Origin: Takakia lepidozioides
Lineage: Eukaryota; Plantae; Bryophyta
Assembly (NCBI GenBank): GCA_030704615.1
Contig: CM060732.1
Span: 52,824,001-52,888,000 of the forward strand
Length of the DNA: 64,000 bases
Direction of reading: 5' to 3'
The position numbers and the translations under genes were made by a program. Shown in pieces: positions 11,736-24,553 of this stretch (position 1 is the first letter of the stretch; each line of letters begins with the position of its first letter). The notes under the pieces were generated by a model. That model was not told the origin of the DNA, made no database searches, and saw nothing but the letters and a program-made list of their open reading frames with translations.

Positions 11736-14700
11736 CATGATCCACAGCATAGGTGGCGGACGCAACACTTGATGCCGATTCGGACGCGCTTCATCTTTGA
11801 AGTAAGGCTTCAAAAGGGAGACATGGAATACTGGGTGCACCTTGCTGTTTGCTGGCAACTCCAATTCATACACATCCTCATTCATAACCTTCCGAATGCG
11901 AAAGGGTCCCGCATACGGAGGCACGAACTTCGGACTCACTTCCGGAGGTAGTCGGAAATTCTTGATGTTCAACCAGACCTCTGTGCCTGCCTCAAACTTC
12001 ACTTCCCTCCGCTTCCGATTCGCCTGCCTTTCAATACCGTTTCCTAGCTTTGGCAATATTGTACTTTGCGAGCTTCAACAAACACTCGCGTTCTTCCAGT
12101 ACCCCGCCGCTACTGCCGGTTCCTCACGTCCTGGGCGGCCCAACTTGTCGGCACCAGAGGTGCTTTTCCATAGACCAACACAAAAGGGGAAACTCCCGTT
12201 GCGGAATGTTCTGTGTTATTATAACAGAACTCTGCCGCGTCTAAGTGTTCCATCCAGTCTGATTGGTCTGCCGACACGTAATTCCGCAAGAATGCTTCAC
12301 TACGGAATTCACTCTTTCCGTTTGGCCGTCCGTCGTAGGTCGGAAGGCGGTGCTCATCTTCAGCCTCGTCCCCATCTTCTTCCAAAGTGCTCTCCAGAAT
12401 TTACTTGTAAACTTTGGATCACGGTCTGAGACAATATCCTTCGGGACTCCATGATGCTTTAAGACGTGGGCGAAGTAAAGTCGCCCTGTCTCCTGCGCCG
12501 TTGCCGTCTCCTTGGTGGGGATGAAATGGCCCATTTTTACTGAACCTATCTACCACCACCATGATTGCATCGAATCCTTTTGACAGCGGCATAGCAGTCA
12601 TGAAATCCATCGAGACGCTTTCCCAAGTCCCCTCTGGAATCGGCAAGGGTTGTAACAGCCCCGCTTGCTTTTTGTACTCGCTCCGTTTTGTTGGCATGTG
12701 GTGCATGTCTTGACATACTCCTCTGCCTCCTCCCTCAGTTTGGGCCAGAAATACTCTTTCTTCAAGAGTGCCGCAGTGCGCTTGGCTCCGCCGTGGCCTG
12801 CAAGCGGGCTATCATGACATTCTCTCAAGAGACTATCCCTGATCCCTCCTTCGGCACGTAGAGACGCTTTTGCTTATACCGGAGCAGTCCATTTTGCAAG
12901 TGGAACTGCGATTTAACCCCCATCCTCAAGTCCTGCATCACGGACTTCGCCAGCTCATCCTTCCGGCAAGCCTTCCGGATCTTCCTTTGGAGTGTCGTCT
13001 CGCCCTTGTACACCAACAAGAGCTGCTGCTTTCTACTTAAAGCATCGGCCACCACATTGTCTCGTCCCGGTTTGTACTGGATATCCACGTCGAACACTGC
13101 CAAAGTATCTTGCCACCTAAGTTGTTTTGGGGACACTTGGGCTGCGTGGCAAAATACTTCACCGTGACATTGTCCGTGAACACCTTCACTGGGTTGGAAC
13201 CAACATAGTGGCGCCAGAGCTCAAGGCAATGCACCACCGCCTTCATCTCTTTTTCGTGCGTCGGCCACCGTCGCTCCACTTCATTCAGTTTCTTACTTTC
13301 GTAAGCCACTGGACGTCCATCTTGCATAAGTACACCCCCCAATCGCGAAGTCTGATGCATCTGTATGAATCTCAAACGGACGATCGAACTCCGGGATTTT
13401 CAAGACTGGAGCTTCCGTCATCCGCTGCTTCAATTCAGCAAAAGCTTGGCCACAAAATGTGTTCCATACCCAGACTTTGGATTACACAGAAGGTCCGACA
13501 GCGGCCCCGCGATCTTGGCGAAATTTCTCACATACTTCCGGTAATAGGAGGCGAGTCCTAGGAAGGATCGCACTCCCGGGACCGAAGTCGGAGGCTCCCA
13601 GTCCAAGATCGCCCTCACCTTTCTGTCATCCATTTTGATCCGATCCTGTGTAATCACATGCCCCAAGAACTCCACTTTCGTGACCCCGAATTCGCACTTT
13701 GAAGCTTTGGCATACAGCTTCCCTTCCCGCAATTTTTGGAACACCCTTTTGAGGTGCTCCAGGTGCTCCTCCTTTGTTTTCGAGTACACCAAGATGTCGT
13801 CGATGTACATGATCACAAAGTCATCCAACCACTCCTGGAAAAGGCTGTTCATCAGCATGCTAAATGTCGCCGGTGCATTGGTGAGCCCAAAAGGCATCAC
13901 CAAGAACTCATATGAACCATACCTTGTCCTGCACGCGGTCTTCTCCTCATCTCCTTCCGCCACCCGAATTTGGTGATAGCCGGAGCGCAAGTCGATCCGG
14001 CTGAAATACTTCGCTCCTGCCAACCGATCGAAGAGGTCGTCGATCCTTGGCAAAGGGTACCGGTTTTTTATAGTCACCTTATTCAGAGCCCTGTAATCGA
14101 CACACATCCGCAGCGTCCCATCCTTCTTGTCTGCAAATAGCACCGGGGCTCCGTAAGGTGACTTACTCGGCCAGATGTACCCCTTTGACATTAGATCCTT
14201 GAGCTGAGTCTTCAGCTCGACCACTCTCTGTGGCTCAACCGGTAGGGCGCCTTGGCAGGCGGTTCCGATCCCGGTATCACCTCAATCTTGTGGTCAACTC
14301 CTCTTCGCGGTGGCAAGCCGCTTGGTAAATCCTCCGGTATCACATCCTGGTATTTCTCCAAAATCCCCTTGATCCAATCTGGGCTCGGCTCCCCATCGCC
14401 TTCTCCCTTCACTTCTCTAATGTAAAGCAAGAAACTGGGGTTCGTGTGCCTCCTCCACGGCCCACTCCCTTGCTGACAGAAGGTTTATTCGCCCTCCCAC
14501 GGATTTGGGCGTTTCCGACACTCGTAAGACCTCGCCACCATTCCCACATGGCAGCGTGACTACTCTCTTGCGGCCATCTATGACCGCTCCGGATTTGCTC
14601 AAAAAGGTCATCCCTAAAATGAGATCTACTCCATCGATCTCGCAGATGGTGAAGTTCTCACGTCCCTCCCAACTCCCCAGTTGAAGAGGAACATCTATCG

Positions 14701-16093
14701 CCAACCTTGTCGCCAACTGTGGTTCTCCTTTGGCAGAACGCACCTCAATAGAGGCCCCCACGTCACTTGTCGGGAGTCCCAGCTTTTGTGCCGTTGCCGG
14801 TGTCATGAAGGAGTGCGACGCTCCTGTGTCCACCAACAACGACACATTAGTTCCGGATATTATCCCATCCACGAACAATAACTGACTCCCTTTTCGTAAG
14901 GCGCCAGTTTCCTGATACAACTCACAAGAAAATTTGCCTACCTTGCAAGTCCTGGCGACCACCGCTTCCACCAAGCGACTGATGGTATCTTCTGACAGCT
15001 CCGTGGTCGCCCGAGCCATGTTCAATTGCCGGGGCTTCGTGCACTTCTTGGCCATGTGCCGGGCTCCCCGCAATTGAAACACACTCCATCAAAGGTCGCC
15101 TTCTGTCCGCCATAAGCCGCTCCACCCGCTTTTCCTTTCGGAGCACCGGGTGCCGCCTTGACGTGTGAAGGCCCTCCCTTCGATTTCCACGTGCCATTAT
15201 CGCCGCGTGGCCTATCCCACTTCTTTTCCGGTCGGAAGGAGTCACCTTCCCGCCGAATCTTCTTGTGGTTCAGCTCCGTACGGCCTTGTCTTTCACCCCT
15301 AGGGACATCCGAGAAACATTCAGCCCTCTCAATTGCCTCGTTCAAAGTCTTGGGTGGCTTCTGACCATTTCTGGTTCTGCCATGTCCGCGACTTCGAGCA
15401 ACAGCACATTGAAAGCCTGGACGTACCCCCGAATGTCATCTGTTTGCTTCAAATTCCTCATCTTGTCCCGGGCAAGCCAGGACGCGTTGAGGGGCACAAA
15501 CTGTCTCTTCAACAATTCCTTGAACCCACTCCAGTTCAAGGTTTCCGGACTTGGACCTCGGTCGTGAAGGCGTTTCTGCCACCATTGTTGAGCATAGCCC
15601 CTCAAATAGGTGGGAGCCACTTCCACGCGATCCTCGTCACTCAACTTGGCCGCCCGGAAGTACTGCTCCAGCTCCAAGAGCCAGGTGTTGAGTGCCTTCC
15701 GATTTCGGACGCCCTCAAAGGTGCCGGGTTCCTTAGGCTTCACCTTAAACTTTGCCTTAGTGGAAGTGGCATTAGCCGCCTTCAACACGTCTTTCAACGT
15801 CCCGCCAAACTGCGCCAACAACCCTTCCCAAAAGGCTGCCGGCATAGGAGGCATCTCTTGGTTTGTCGGAGCTCTCAAGGATTCCTCGGGCTTCGACTCC
15901 TCGGATTCCTCCCGCTCTTGGGCGGCCTCGTTTTCGGAAACATGCATCGCTTCCTCAAACGGCCGCCTCGGTGACACGCCGCCCCCATCGGGCTCACCGG
16001 GATCATCATCTTTTGGGCCGTTCCGCTTTCGCTTTGGCTTGCCCGACCCCATGATGAGGCCAATCCCAAGGACGATCGCGTACTGAACTCTAA

Positions 16094-16105
16094 GCTCTGA
16101 TACCA
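16094..16105 (-). promoter_or_regulatory. Primer-binding site, tRNA-iMet
   Basis: TGGTATCAGAGC, 2 nt inside the 5' LTR boundary. Confidence 0.92.
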
Positions 16106-16107
16106 AT

Positions 16108-16831
16108 TGTCGCGCACCTCAATTCGGTAAACTCCCCTTCAAGTCATAGTTACTCGCTTTGATGCGCGCGCCTGACTCCCAACCTGGCCGCCGGGCCAAC
16201 TTGGAGCTTCGGCTGCTCACCGGGACATAACGGTCCCCTTTCGCTTCCCTCTAAAACCCTCCACCTAATTGGGACTAGGAGAATTCCCTTTGGTAGATGG
16301 CAGTCCGGAACAGCTCCCCACTCTTTGGTCGCTTTCCGGCTCGCTCGCTTACTCACTAGTTTTTGGTCACCAACGGGCTTGCACCGTTCTCGGGGTTACT
16401 ACTCCCTATATATACTTCTGTAGCTGTCCGCGGGGGTTTCACAACCAGCCATGCCATTTTATGGCGAACCACCACGAAGACCCTCGATTCCCGGTGGTGA
16501 GTCGCGGTGAGTCTTGGCCCGCTCACCACGGCCCCTATGGACCGTGATGAGTCCCAAGACTCCCCACGACTCCCACCACGAGGTCTCCGCCCCCATGGTG
16601 AGTCCTATGCCACCCCCACTAAGTCCCACTAAGCTACCACCACCCCTTGTGGAGCCACCCCACCGCAACCCGGTGTGCGGGGCTCCACCTAGTGAGCGCC
16701 TCCACTTCCCTGAGTGCCTTGGGCACTCAAGGGTGCCTCAGCCCCCATACCTATCGCTGCCGCTGCCCCCACCACAGGGGCAGCCCCTCATGTGTCCCGA
16801 CCCCCTGCCCTCAAGGCAAAGGGCCGCGACA
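16108..16831 (-). repeat. 5' LTR of chromovirus (724 bp)
   Basis: TG...CA termini, followed by the PBS; TATA-like TATATA near 16407. Confidence 0.93.
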
Positions 16832-16924
16832 GCAGGTGTAGGCTATGTTAGAAACCTAGTATTCCAAACCATAAGCCGCAACAGGTTCTCTACCCGGTTA
16901 CCTTGTGGAGAGGGGGTTAGGGAC

Positions 16925-18517
16925 ATGTTCATGACCGGTTGAGTGACAATTTGTCACACAGAGGTGCCATTAGTTGCTGGGGATAGTGCCGGTTCGAGCA
17001 CTAGCGATACTAGTGGGTACACGAGACGAGGTGTGCGGTTTAGGCCACCTTCACCTCCAGTGTCTTCTACGGAAGGTTCTGATTCGGATTGTGAATCAGG
17101 AGGACTCACACCGGCGGTGCAAGTTGTTTCATTGCCATTGTTGTGGGACACAATGGAGGAGATGTATGGAGCTACCAAGGGGCCACGAAGGTACTCTGGG
17201 GCGGTGGGCACCATCGAGTTGGATGATTTTATCCAAGAGTTTGATAGTTGGTGTGATTTGCAGCAAATGCGCAATCCACAACTATTTACGCCTTTCATGG
17301 CATGGAATGGGCTGTTTCAGCACCTTGAGGGGCCGCCTATGGATGATTACCATGAATTCAGGCGGGGGCATGAGGTTGAGATCGAGGAGTGGAGGATGTA
17401 CTGGTCACCCGACTATGTCTCCCATCATTAGGGGCACTAGAGCCACGAGGGTAGTGGCTACACCTGCCGCTGCACCGGCAGCTTCAGCAAGCAGCAGTGG
17501 GACTAGTGTGACTGGTGGTACCGTAGCTACGACGTCCACCCAAGCTACTATTGCACCAGCACCAGTGGCGGTGTCTGCCTTCAACCCTGTTGTGGAGTTC
17601 TTCGAAGAGTTGAGAAGGAATTACCAAGGGGTGAGGACAGAGAAGTTGAGGAGCTTGCAAGAATTCCAACGGAAGCCTACTGAGAGCTTGAGGGAGGTTT
17701 TCACTCGCATGAGGCGCTTGATTAATGTAACCCAAGGGGTTACGGAGGCTCAGGCAGTCCAATTCTGGTATGGGATATTGGACAAGGAGCTGAGGAGAAG
17801 GGTGCGGGATGCAACTCTCCTACAAGCGGCCCAACCCACCTTAGCAAATGTGTTTTTGCTGGCAGAGCGGATAGAGCTCAACATGGTGGAGGAACGAGTG
17901 GTCACGGTGGGATTTGCTAAGGAGGCACCACAGGGTAGTGGTGCTCCTAGCCAGCCACTACCTCAACGTGCTCAAAGCAACAAGGGGGCTCGGGTGAAGC
18001 CGACAACGGGGGACCTTAGATGCAGGGGTCTCTCCCTTCATTTGCTGGCCAACAACGGGAGGATGTGGTGTGTTGGACATGTGGAGGACCCCATGTCAAG
18101 AAGGATTGCCCAGAGGGAGGCAATGGTTTGGCACCGGCACAGCCTGCATAGTTGCAGTATGGGCAATGTGGCAAGTACGGGCATGGAGAAGCCCAGTGCT
18201 ATGGTTTGCATTCTGAGTTGCGCCCAGGCCAGTTTCAAGGGAACAATGGTGGCCGGGGGCGAGGTGGAGCAGCCCAGAGAGGACGAGGTGGCCAGGCACG
18301 AGGTGCAGGCCAAGGGCAAGCTCAACATGGCCAAGGACACGGAGGTCAGGGTGGTGACCAAGGCATGGCCAACCGGCTTCAGCAGCTAGAGCAGAGGCTT
18401 GCTGCCATGGCTACAGCTCAGGTGGTACCGGCTCCAAGGCCGGATGGTCCACCTCCTGCTCCTGAGGGAGGAGATATGGGAGGCATGGGATTCATGTGCA
18501 GAGCAGCACTACCATAA
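16925..18517 (+). pseudogene. gag of DNMT-Gypsy copy A
   Basis: YSGAVGTIELDDFIQEFDSW; FQRKPTESLREVFTRMRRL; zinc-knuckle-like CWTCGGPHVKKDC and QCGKYGHGEAQC. Confidence 0.8.
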
Positions 18518-19039
18518 GTGCAGGTGGAGTCTGTTGTAGCCATGACCCGAGGAGCAGCATGAGTTCCTGAGCTACGAGATGCAGAGGTGGAATTGGATCC
18601 ACAACGTGGGGAAGCAAGCCGTCAGGCCAGGCTTCCTCAGTCATTCATATTGGCAGAGACAGTGTCGACGTTATCCATGGCACTTAGTTCTCGCCCGACT
18701 ATTACCGAGGCGGAGGTTACTATGCCATTGGGAAGAGCTACATGGGAAAACTACATGGGCAGAACCACTACCTAGTGTTGCCAAGGCTACGGCAGCTAGT
18801 GTGCTGCTGGGAGCGGCCACATCTGTGTGTCAGGCTCCATTGTTCTCGGCTACCATGATTGCGACGCCGGGGGTAAGACCAGCTGAGCTGTTCAGGCTGG
18901 CAGCTACACTTTGTGAGAGTGGGGAGGTTACTTCAACTTCTGCGGAGATAGTGGGAGGTGTAGTGCCGAAGGGACCCTCGGATTTTAGGGTCAAGACTGC
19001 CACGGCGGCGCCATGGCAAGCTGCAGCTGCCAGCTAGGC

Positions 19040-19510
19040 CAGCCATTGAGCGGGCCATGGTGACACCTGCAGTTGTCACGTTAGACAACCAGGATGACAT
19101 TTTCTGTTTGAGTGGACCGACAGGCAAGACATACCGGCCACTGCGGGTCTTGTTGGACTCAGAGCTCAGCCATTGATGCTGGGCAGAGCTGCTATTGCAG
19201 ACTTGGGCCTCACGGAGGCGGATATGGAGCTTTGTCCTTTCCAGATACAGACGTCTTTGGGAGCATCGGAGCAGGCTCGGGGCATGACACGGCGTGAGTT
19301 AGCTATCAGACTATGGCCAGATCACCCTACAGATGGCTCAGTGATGTGAGCCAAGGCCATTTTGACAGACGCGTTCTTGTACGATGTTCTGGTTGGTGGG
19401 GCAGCGTTGTATCCCATGGGCTTCACCCTAGATTTTTGGGCGGAGTCAGCTTCCTATAGGCCTGGATGGCAGTCAGGGGAGGGCCGGCGTGTGCAGCTCC
19501 TTGTGACATT
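19040..19510 (+). pseudogene. Aspartic protease of copy A
   Basis: LRVLLDS..QPLMLG (frameshifted here; intact LLDSGAQ in copy B at 42163-42615) and YDVLVGG. Confidence 0.8.
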
Positions 19511-19859
19511 CATAGGAAGAGTTGCGGTTGCCCAGCGAGGCAAGATGCCGATACTAGCAGCATTCACAGGTACAGTGAGTTGGCCTGTAGAGTTGTTTGA
19601 GGGCAACGCTAGCTCATTCAGAGGAGTCACCTCCGGGAGAGCAGGATGACATGCATGGTATGACGGAGTTGTCTACCATGATTGCTCAAACTCCATTGTG
19701 GGGCACGAGCAAGGATTTGCAACAGGTTGCTGAACAACGGGTGCAACAAGCCTGGGTAGAGGCTTTTGTACCATCAGGAGAGGAGGAGAGTGCGGGGATT
19801 GCACCAGGACCATCTCAGTTGTCTCCATTGGATACCACACCTATTGTGTGGCAGTATCC

Positions 19860-20720
19860 GGATGAAGGCATTTGTCTTCTGGACTTGTTTGGCGGGATCA
19901 GCACCGGATTGGCTGCTCTGTTACAGGGAGGTGTGCGAGTTCGGCGTTACCTGTATGTAGAGAGGGATGAGACTGCACGACACGTTTCACTTCGCCATGT
20001 TGCTCAGTTGGTGCAGCAGTACCCTGAATTGTTGCCGGTGTCTGTAGTTCGTCGATATCGGCAGACATTTCGTTGCTGGGGACGCAGGATTTGGAGCGGG
20101 TTGGCTCCATTGATCTTGTAGTGGCAGGTTGGCCCTACCAAGGGCATTCATCAGCCGGGCATGGCAATGGATTGCGAGACTTGAGGTCGGGTCTATTTTG
20201 GGAAATGGTGTGGATTTTGCGTCACTTGAAGCTTCATCAAGCTCTATCTCCAGCATACATCTTGGAGAATGTGCCACTGATGGGCGATTCTCGGGCCAGG
20301 GTGATGGCCAGTGTGCATCAAGTCCGGTCGTGGCTTGGGTCAGCAATGTTGCTGGATGCAGCTGCAGTAGGGTCACGGGCTCATCGTCCACGGCTATGGT
20401 GGACTAACTTGATGCCACCCGCACTGCTCAAGCGTGCATGACCGTTCGCCTTTGGCAGTGGTCAACAAGGTAGGTCAACCACGAGCAGCATTACCTACAC
20501 TGCTCAGCTTCCCAAGATCGCATGCTTTCCGGGATAGTGGACCTGGCCTCCTCTGGAATGCTCAGTTGCTGCAGTTAGTGGAGCCTAATACTGAAGAGCG
20601 TGAGCGGGCGATAGGTTTTACCACTGGTACCATGGCGGTACTGTCTCTTTCTAAGGCATCACGTCGTCAGGTGTTGGGGCAAACAATGGATCTCAATTGC
20701 TTGACCTGGATTATCAGCTT
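19860..20720 (+). pseudogene. C5-cytosine DNA methyltransferase domain (DNMT3-like) within pol
   Basis: Motif I LDLFGGISTG; II YVERD; IV DLVVAGWP(Y)QGHS; V RSGLFWEM; VI ILENV; VIII DAAAVGSRAHRPRLWWTNL; IX EPNTEERERAIGF; X RRQVLGQTMD. Confidence 0.92.
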
Positions 20721-21099
20721 GGCTATGGCTGAGCAACGCAGAGTGCGGAGTACACTTCCCTCGATGGTCTCTCTGCCTACCGAGACGGTACAGACAGTGA
20801 GTGGGGGCAAGCATGTGAGGACCACGGGGTGTAGGCATCCATGGCACACGTGGGAGGTGCTCGAGGTTCAGAGGGAGTTGGCAGCCAAGGTGGCGGTGAT
20901 GGATGAGGTTGGGGATTTTTCTCGGGTGGAGGAAGTCATTGAGGATGAGATGATGGGGCAGGATGAGGCCTTGTCACTGACTGAGCAGGTAGGGAGTACT
21001 GCTCAAGAGGTTGCAGCATAGCAACCACTGGACGCGTCTTCTACCTCTAAGCCCACTGGACTTAAGGTTGCAGTTACGGAGGACAATTGGGAGCCTGAC

Positions 21100-22130
21100 A
21101 TTGGACCCATTGTCACCGGAGGATAGAGAGGACGTATACAGCGGTTCCTGAGGGCTTACAGGAATTGCTTTGCCTTCAGTTTGAAGGACTTGGGAGCACT
21201 GAAGGGTCAAGAGATTCGTATTGAGTTGGCCACTAACACGCCAATCTTTCGGAGATCCTATAGATGCAGTGACATGGAGAGGTCTTTGATTCAGATGAGG
21301 ACTCAAGATCTTTGGGAGGATGGTTTGGTGGAGCTCTCTGGTGGAGAGTATGCTTCAGCCACAGTGATGCCAGCCAAGAAGGATGTCTATGGCAATTGGA
21401 CGGAGAGACGTATGTGCGGTGATTACCGGCCTGTAAATCGTCAGACCAAGTCCGATAATATGCCATGCCAACACCAGAGGAGATCTTTGATGCCATCGGG
21501 CATGGTAAGGTCTTTAGCACTTTGGATTTACGATCCGGATATCACCTGTTGCCGATCAAGGAGGCGGACAAGCAGAAGACGGCATTCTGGGGGATCAATG
21601 AGCACGGGAAGGATTGCCTATATCAGTGGCGGTTCTTACTATTTGGGCTTAAGAATGCTCCTGCAGAGTTTCAGAGAGTCATAGATAGGATTCTAGCAAA
21701 GGTGGACTTTGTTCGGTGCTACATAGATGACATCATCATCTTTAGTGCTACGGTGGAGGAGCATGAGAGACACCTTCAGGTGGTATTGGAGCGCTTGAGA
21801 GCGCACGGATTGAAGTTGCATGCAGGGAAGTGCAAGTTTTTCCACAACCAGATTGAGTATCTGGGTCACATGATATATCCGGGAGGATTGGGCGTACAGC
21901 AGACTAAGGTAGAGGCCATTGCACAAATTCCACGCCCCACGGATATGAGCCGAGTTCGAGCTTTCATGGGGTTGGCAAACTATTATAGACGGTTTGTCAA
22001 GGGATTTAGTGCCATTGCAAAGGCTCTAACCAAGCTGACCAAGGTGGACCAAGAGTGCCAGTGGGAAGATGAGCAGGAACGAGCTTTTCAAGAGCTCAAA
22101 GCGAGGTTGACCTCGGCGCCTATCCTGACC
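21100..22130 (+). pseudogene. Reverse transcriptase of copy A
   Basis: RMCGDYRPVN, FSTLDLRSGY, FGLKNAPAEFQR, YIDD, YLGH. Confidence 0.95.
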
Positions 22131-23990
22131 CTTTCAGCTACATACGGATTGGAGCATGTCGGGGCTTGGAGCGGTGCTCACACAAGTAGATGATGAGGGA
22201 AGAGAGTTTGTAGTGGCTTATGTTAGCCGCTCGAACAACGCTACAGAGGCTAAGTATAGCTCATATGAGGGAGAGTGCTTAGCTGCAGTGTGGGCCGTGC
22301 CACACTTCAGGTGCTATCTATACGACAATCTCTTCACCCTTGTCACAGATCACCAGCCACTCAAGTGGTTGATGGAATCAGACGAGCTTACGGGGAAGCT
22401 TGCACGGTGGGCATTCATACTCTATGAGTATGACTTTCAGGTTGTGCATCGACCGGGTTTGGTCAATCGGGATGCGAATGGATTGAGTTGCAATCCATGC
22501 ACGAGCCAGCAAGATGACACTGGAGCTCGGTGGCATGGTGAGATGGACGAGGAGATGGTGCCGGGATGGCATGCATCTGCCTTTTTGTGTATCTTGGTAT
22601 CGGGAGGTCAGGTTGGACCTACAACAGAGATGACTGTAGACGGAGTGTCTGAGGACCCTGAGGCTAGTGATGAGTCAGGTGGTACCAGAGATATATATGA
22701 GGATTCGGCTGTGTTGGACTATCTCCGTACTGGAGACACGACAGCCACTATGACTGCCAAGGAGAGGGATCGGATCCTGCAACGAGCCAAGAGGTTCAAG
22801 TGGGAGGGGATACACCTCCTCCGAGTATGGGAGGATGGGCGGGTGAGGATTGTGCCTCTCCCCACACAGTGTGCACGGTTAGTGCGGCATGCCCATGAGG
22901 AGTTGGGGCATTTTGGAGTGCGACGCACTCACAATTTACTGCAGGGGCAGTATTGGTGGCGTGGTATGCATACAGAGGTGCAACACATCATGGCTAGGTG
23001 CATGGTGTATGACAGGGTGCATGCTTCATTCAACGCCCCTACACCACAGTTGCATCATTTACCAATCATGGGATTGGGCTACAGGTGGAGTCTTGACTTC
23101 GCAGGACCGTTGCCACTAACTATGCGCCACCACAGATATGTGTTGGTGATGGTGGAGCACTTCTCCAAGTGGATTTAGTTGGTTCCATTGCCTGACAAGG
23201 CTAGTGAGGGGGCTGCATATGCATTCTTGGATCGTGTGCTTAGCCGATTCGGTGCTCCAGCTGAGGTACTCACGGACCAAGGGAGAGAGTTCTTGGGGGA
23301 GTTTCAGGCTTTGTGTGATAAAGCCTTGATAGACCACCGCACCACTTCTCGGGATCATCCTGAGGCCGATGGCTTGGCAGAGAGAGTTGTTCCTAGACGG
23401 TGAAAAGGGGTTTGCGCAAGTATGGCTTGCAGAAAGGACACCTAGGAGATTGGGATCTTTCAGGTGCCTTGGTTAGCCATGTGCTACAGGTTCAGCAAAC
23501 AAGCATCATTTGCATCTTTCTCACCATATTTCCTTCTCTTTGGCCGAGAGCCGGATTTGCCTGCAACCATTCGTAGGGACACTGCTCAAGTCCTTAACCT
23601 TGACGATCCGGACGTGTGGGTACGTGCATGTGATCAGCGTGCAGAGTTGTTCAAGAAAGTCATGCCCATGGCTTTTAATAACCTTGTCATTGCACAGCAC
23701 CGTGATACGTTGAGGTATGCCACTATACGTGGTGGAGGATATCCTCTTGGGGTTCGGAGGTTTAGCCCTGGTGACTATATTTATTTGCAGCAGACTGCTC
23801 CTACGACCTTGGATGTCACTGGAGGGCGTGTTATTCTGAGGGTTCGAGAGGTGTTGCCCTCAGGAGTCCTGATCTTGGAGGGTCGGGATGGCATGACGTG
23901 GAAAGACCATGTGCGTAATTGTGCGCCATGTCACCTTCCCAATGTCGATGGCAGAGTTGACCCAAACTTGGCAGTGGTACCTGCAGGTTT
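22131..23990 (+). pseudogene. RNase H and integrase of copy A
   Basis: VVAYVSR..YSSYEGECLAAVWA, TDHQPL; HEELGHFG (HHCC), SLDFAGP, VLTDQGREF, ADGLAER. Confidence 0.93.
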
Positions 23991-23994
23991 GAGG

Positions 23995-24138
23995 TGCATG
24001 CTCTGTGGGTCTACCAAAGGGGCAGCCACCATGCTGGTGTGTGATTGATGCTTAAGAGGTTGGCACATGGGATGCTTGACACCACCTCTTGAGAAGGTTC
24101 CTGATGGAGATTGGTTGTGTCCACACTGCTTGGGATAG
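23995..24138 (+). CDS. PHD finger (C4HC3) at the integrase C-terminus
   Basis: CMLCGSTKGAATMLVCD*CLRGWHMGCLTPPLEKVPDGDWLCPHCLG*. The internal TGA probably derives from CGA. Confidence 0.9.
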
Positions 24139-24398
24139 TGGCAGTGGACATGACTAGAGGCAGCTAACAAGACATGGGAGGCCAAGCTCATAGGAGTCAA
24201 TACACGAGATCCTAGGCTCAAGTTCACAGGTTGCAAGACGGCAACTAATGATGGGGCAACTCTTGCACCCGGCCTCTTGATCTATCGAGTTTGAGTGTAG
24301 TAGGGACAGTGGTGGACGACATAGTGAGGCTATGGTCACTATCACATCTTGTGGCTACCTGGACTTAGAGGGACCTAAGTACCAGCTAGGGGGGCGAT

Positions 24399-24553
24399 TG
24401 TGTGGACTAGTGACTGCCATAGTGGGCAGCATAGTGGCAAGCCTAGTGACTGACTAGTGGTTGGACTAGTGGTATACTAGTGTGTGGCGTGCACATGTGT
24501 TGTGTGGTTTTGGACAGCGATGTAGTTGTGTAGCGATATATCTGCGCACGACA
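24399..24553 (+). repeat. Short LTR-like terminal repeat R1 of DNMT-Gypsy
   Basis: Directly follows the PPT; TGTGTGGACTAG...GCGCACGACA; rich in CTAG/ACTAGT. Confidence 0.8.

Larger units (their letters stand above)
11530..16106 (-). pseudogene. Chromovirus gag-pol, broken by about a dozen frameshifts
   Basis: Gag (PKEPGTFEG; CFNCGEPG knuckle), PR (LLVDTGASHSF), RT ([14 protein letters not shown]), RH (VAYESKKL), INT ([33 protein letters not shown]). Confidence 0.92.
10243..16831 (-). mobile_element. Full-length chromovirus (Ty3/Gypsy) LTR retrotransposon
   Basis: Termini TGTCGCG...CGCGACA, 5-bp TSD GCAGG (10238-10242 / 16832-16836), gag-PR-RT-RH-INT-chromodomain on the minus strand. Confidence 0.95.

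Noticed and set aside
19860-20720. Host DRM/DNMT3 gene disrupted by retrotransposons
   Set aside because: It is intronless, sits at the same pol position in two diverged copies, and has no UBA/PWWP region.
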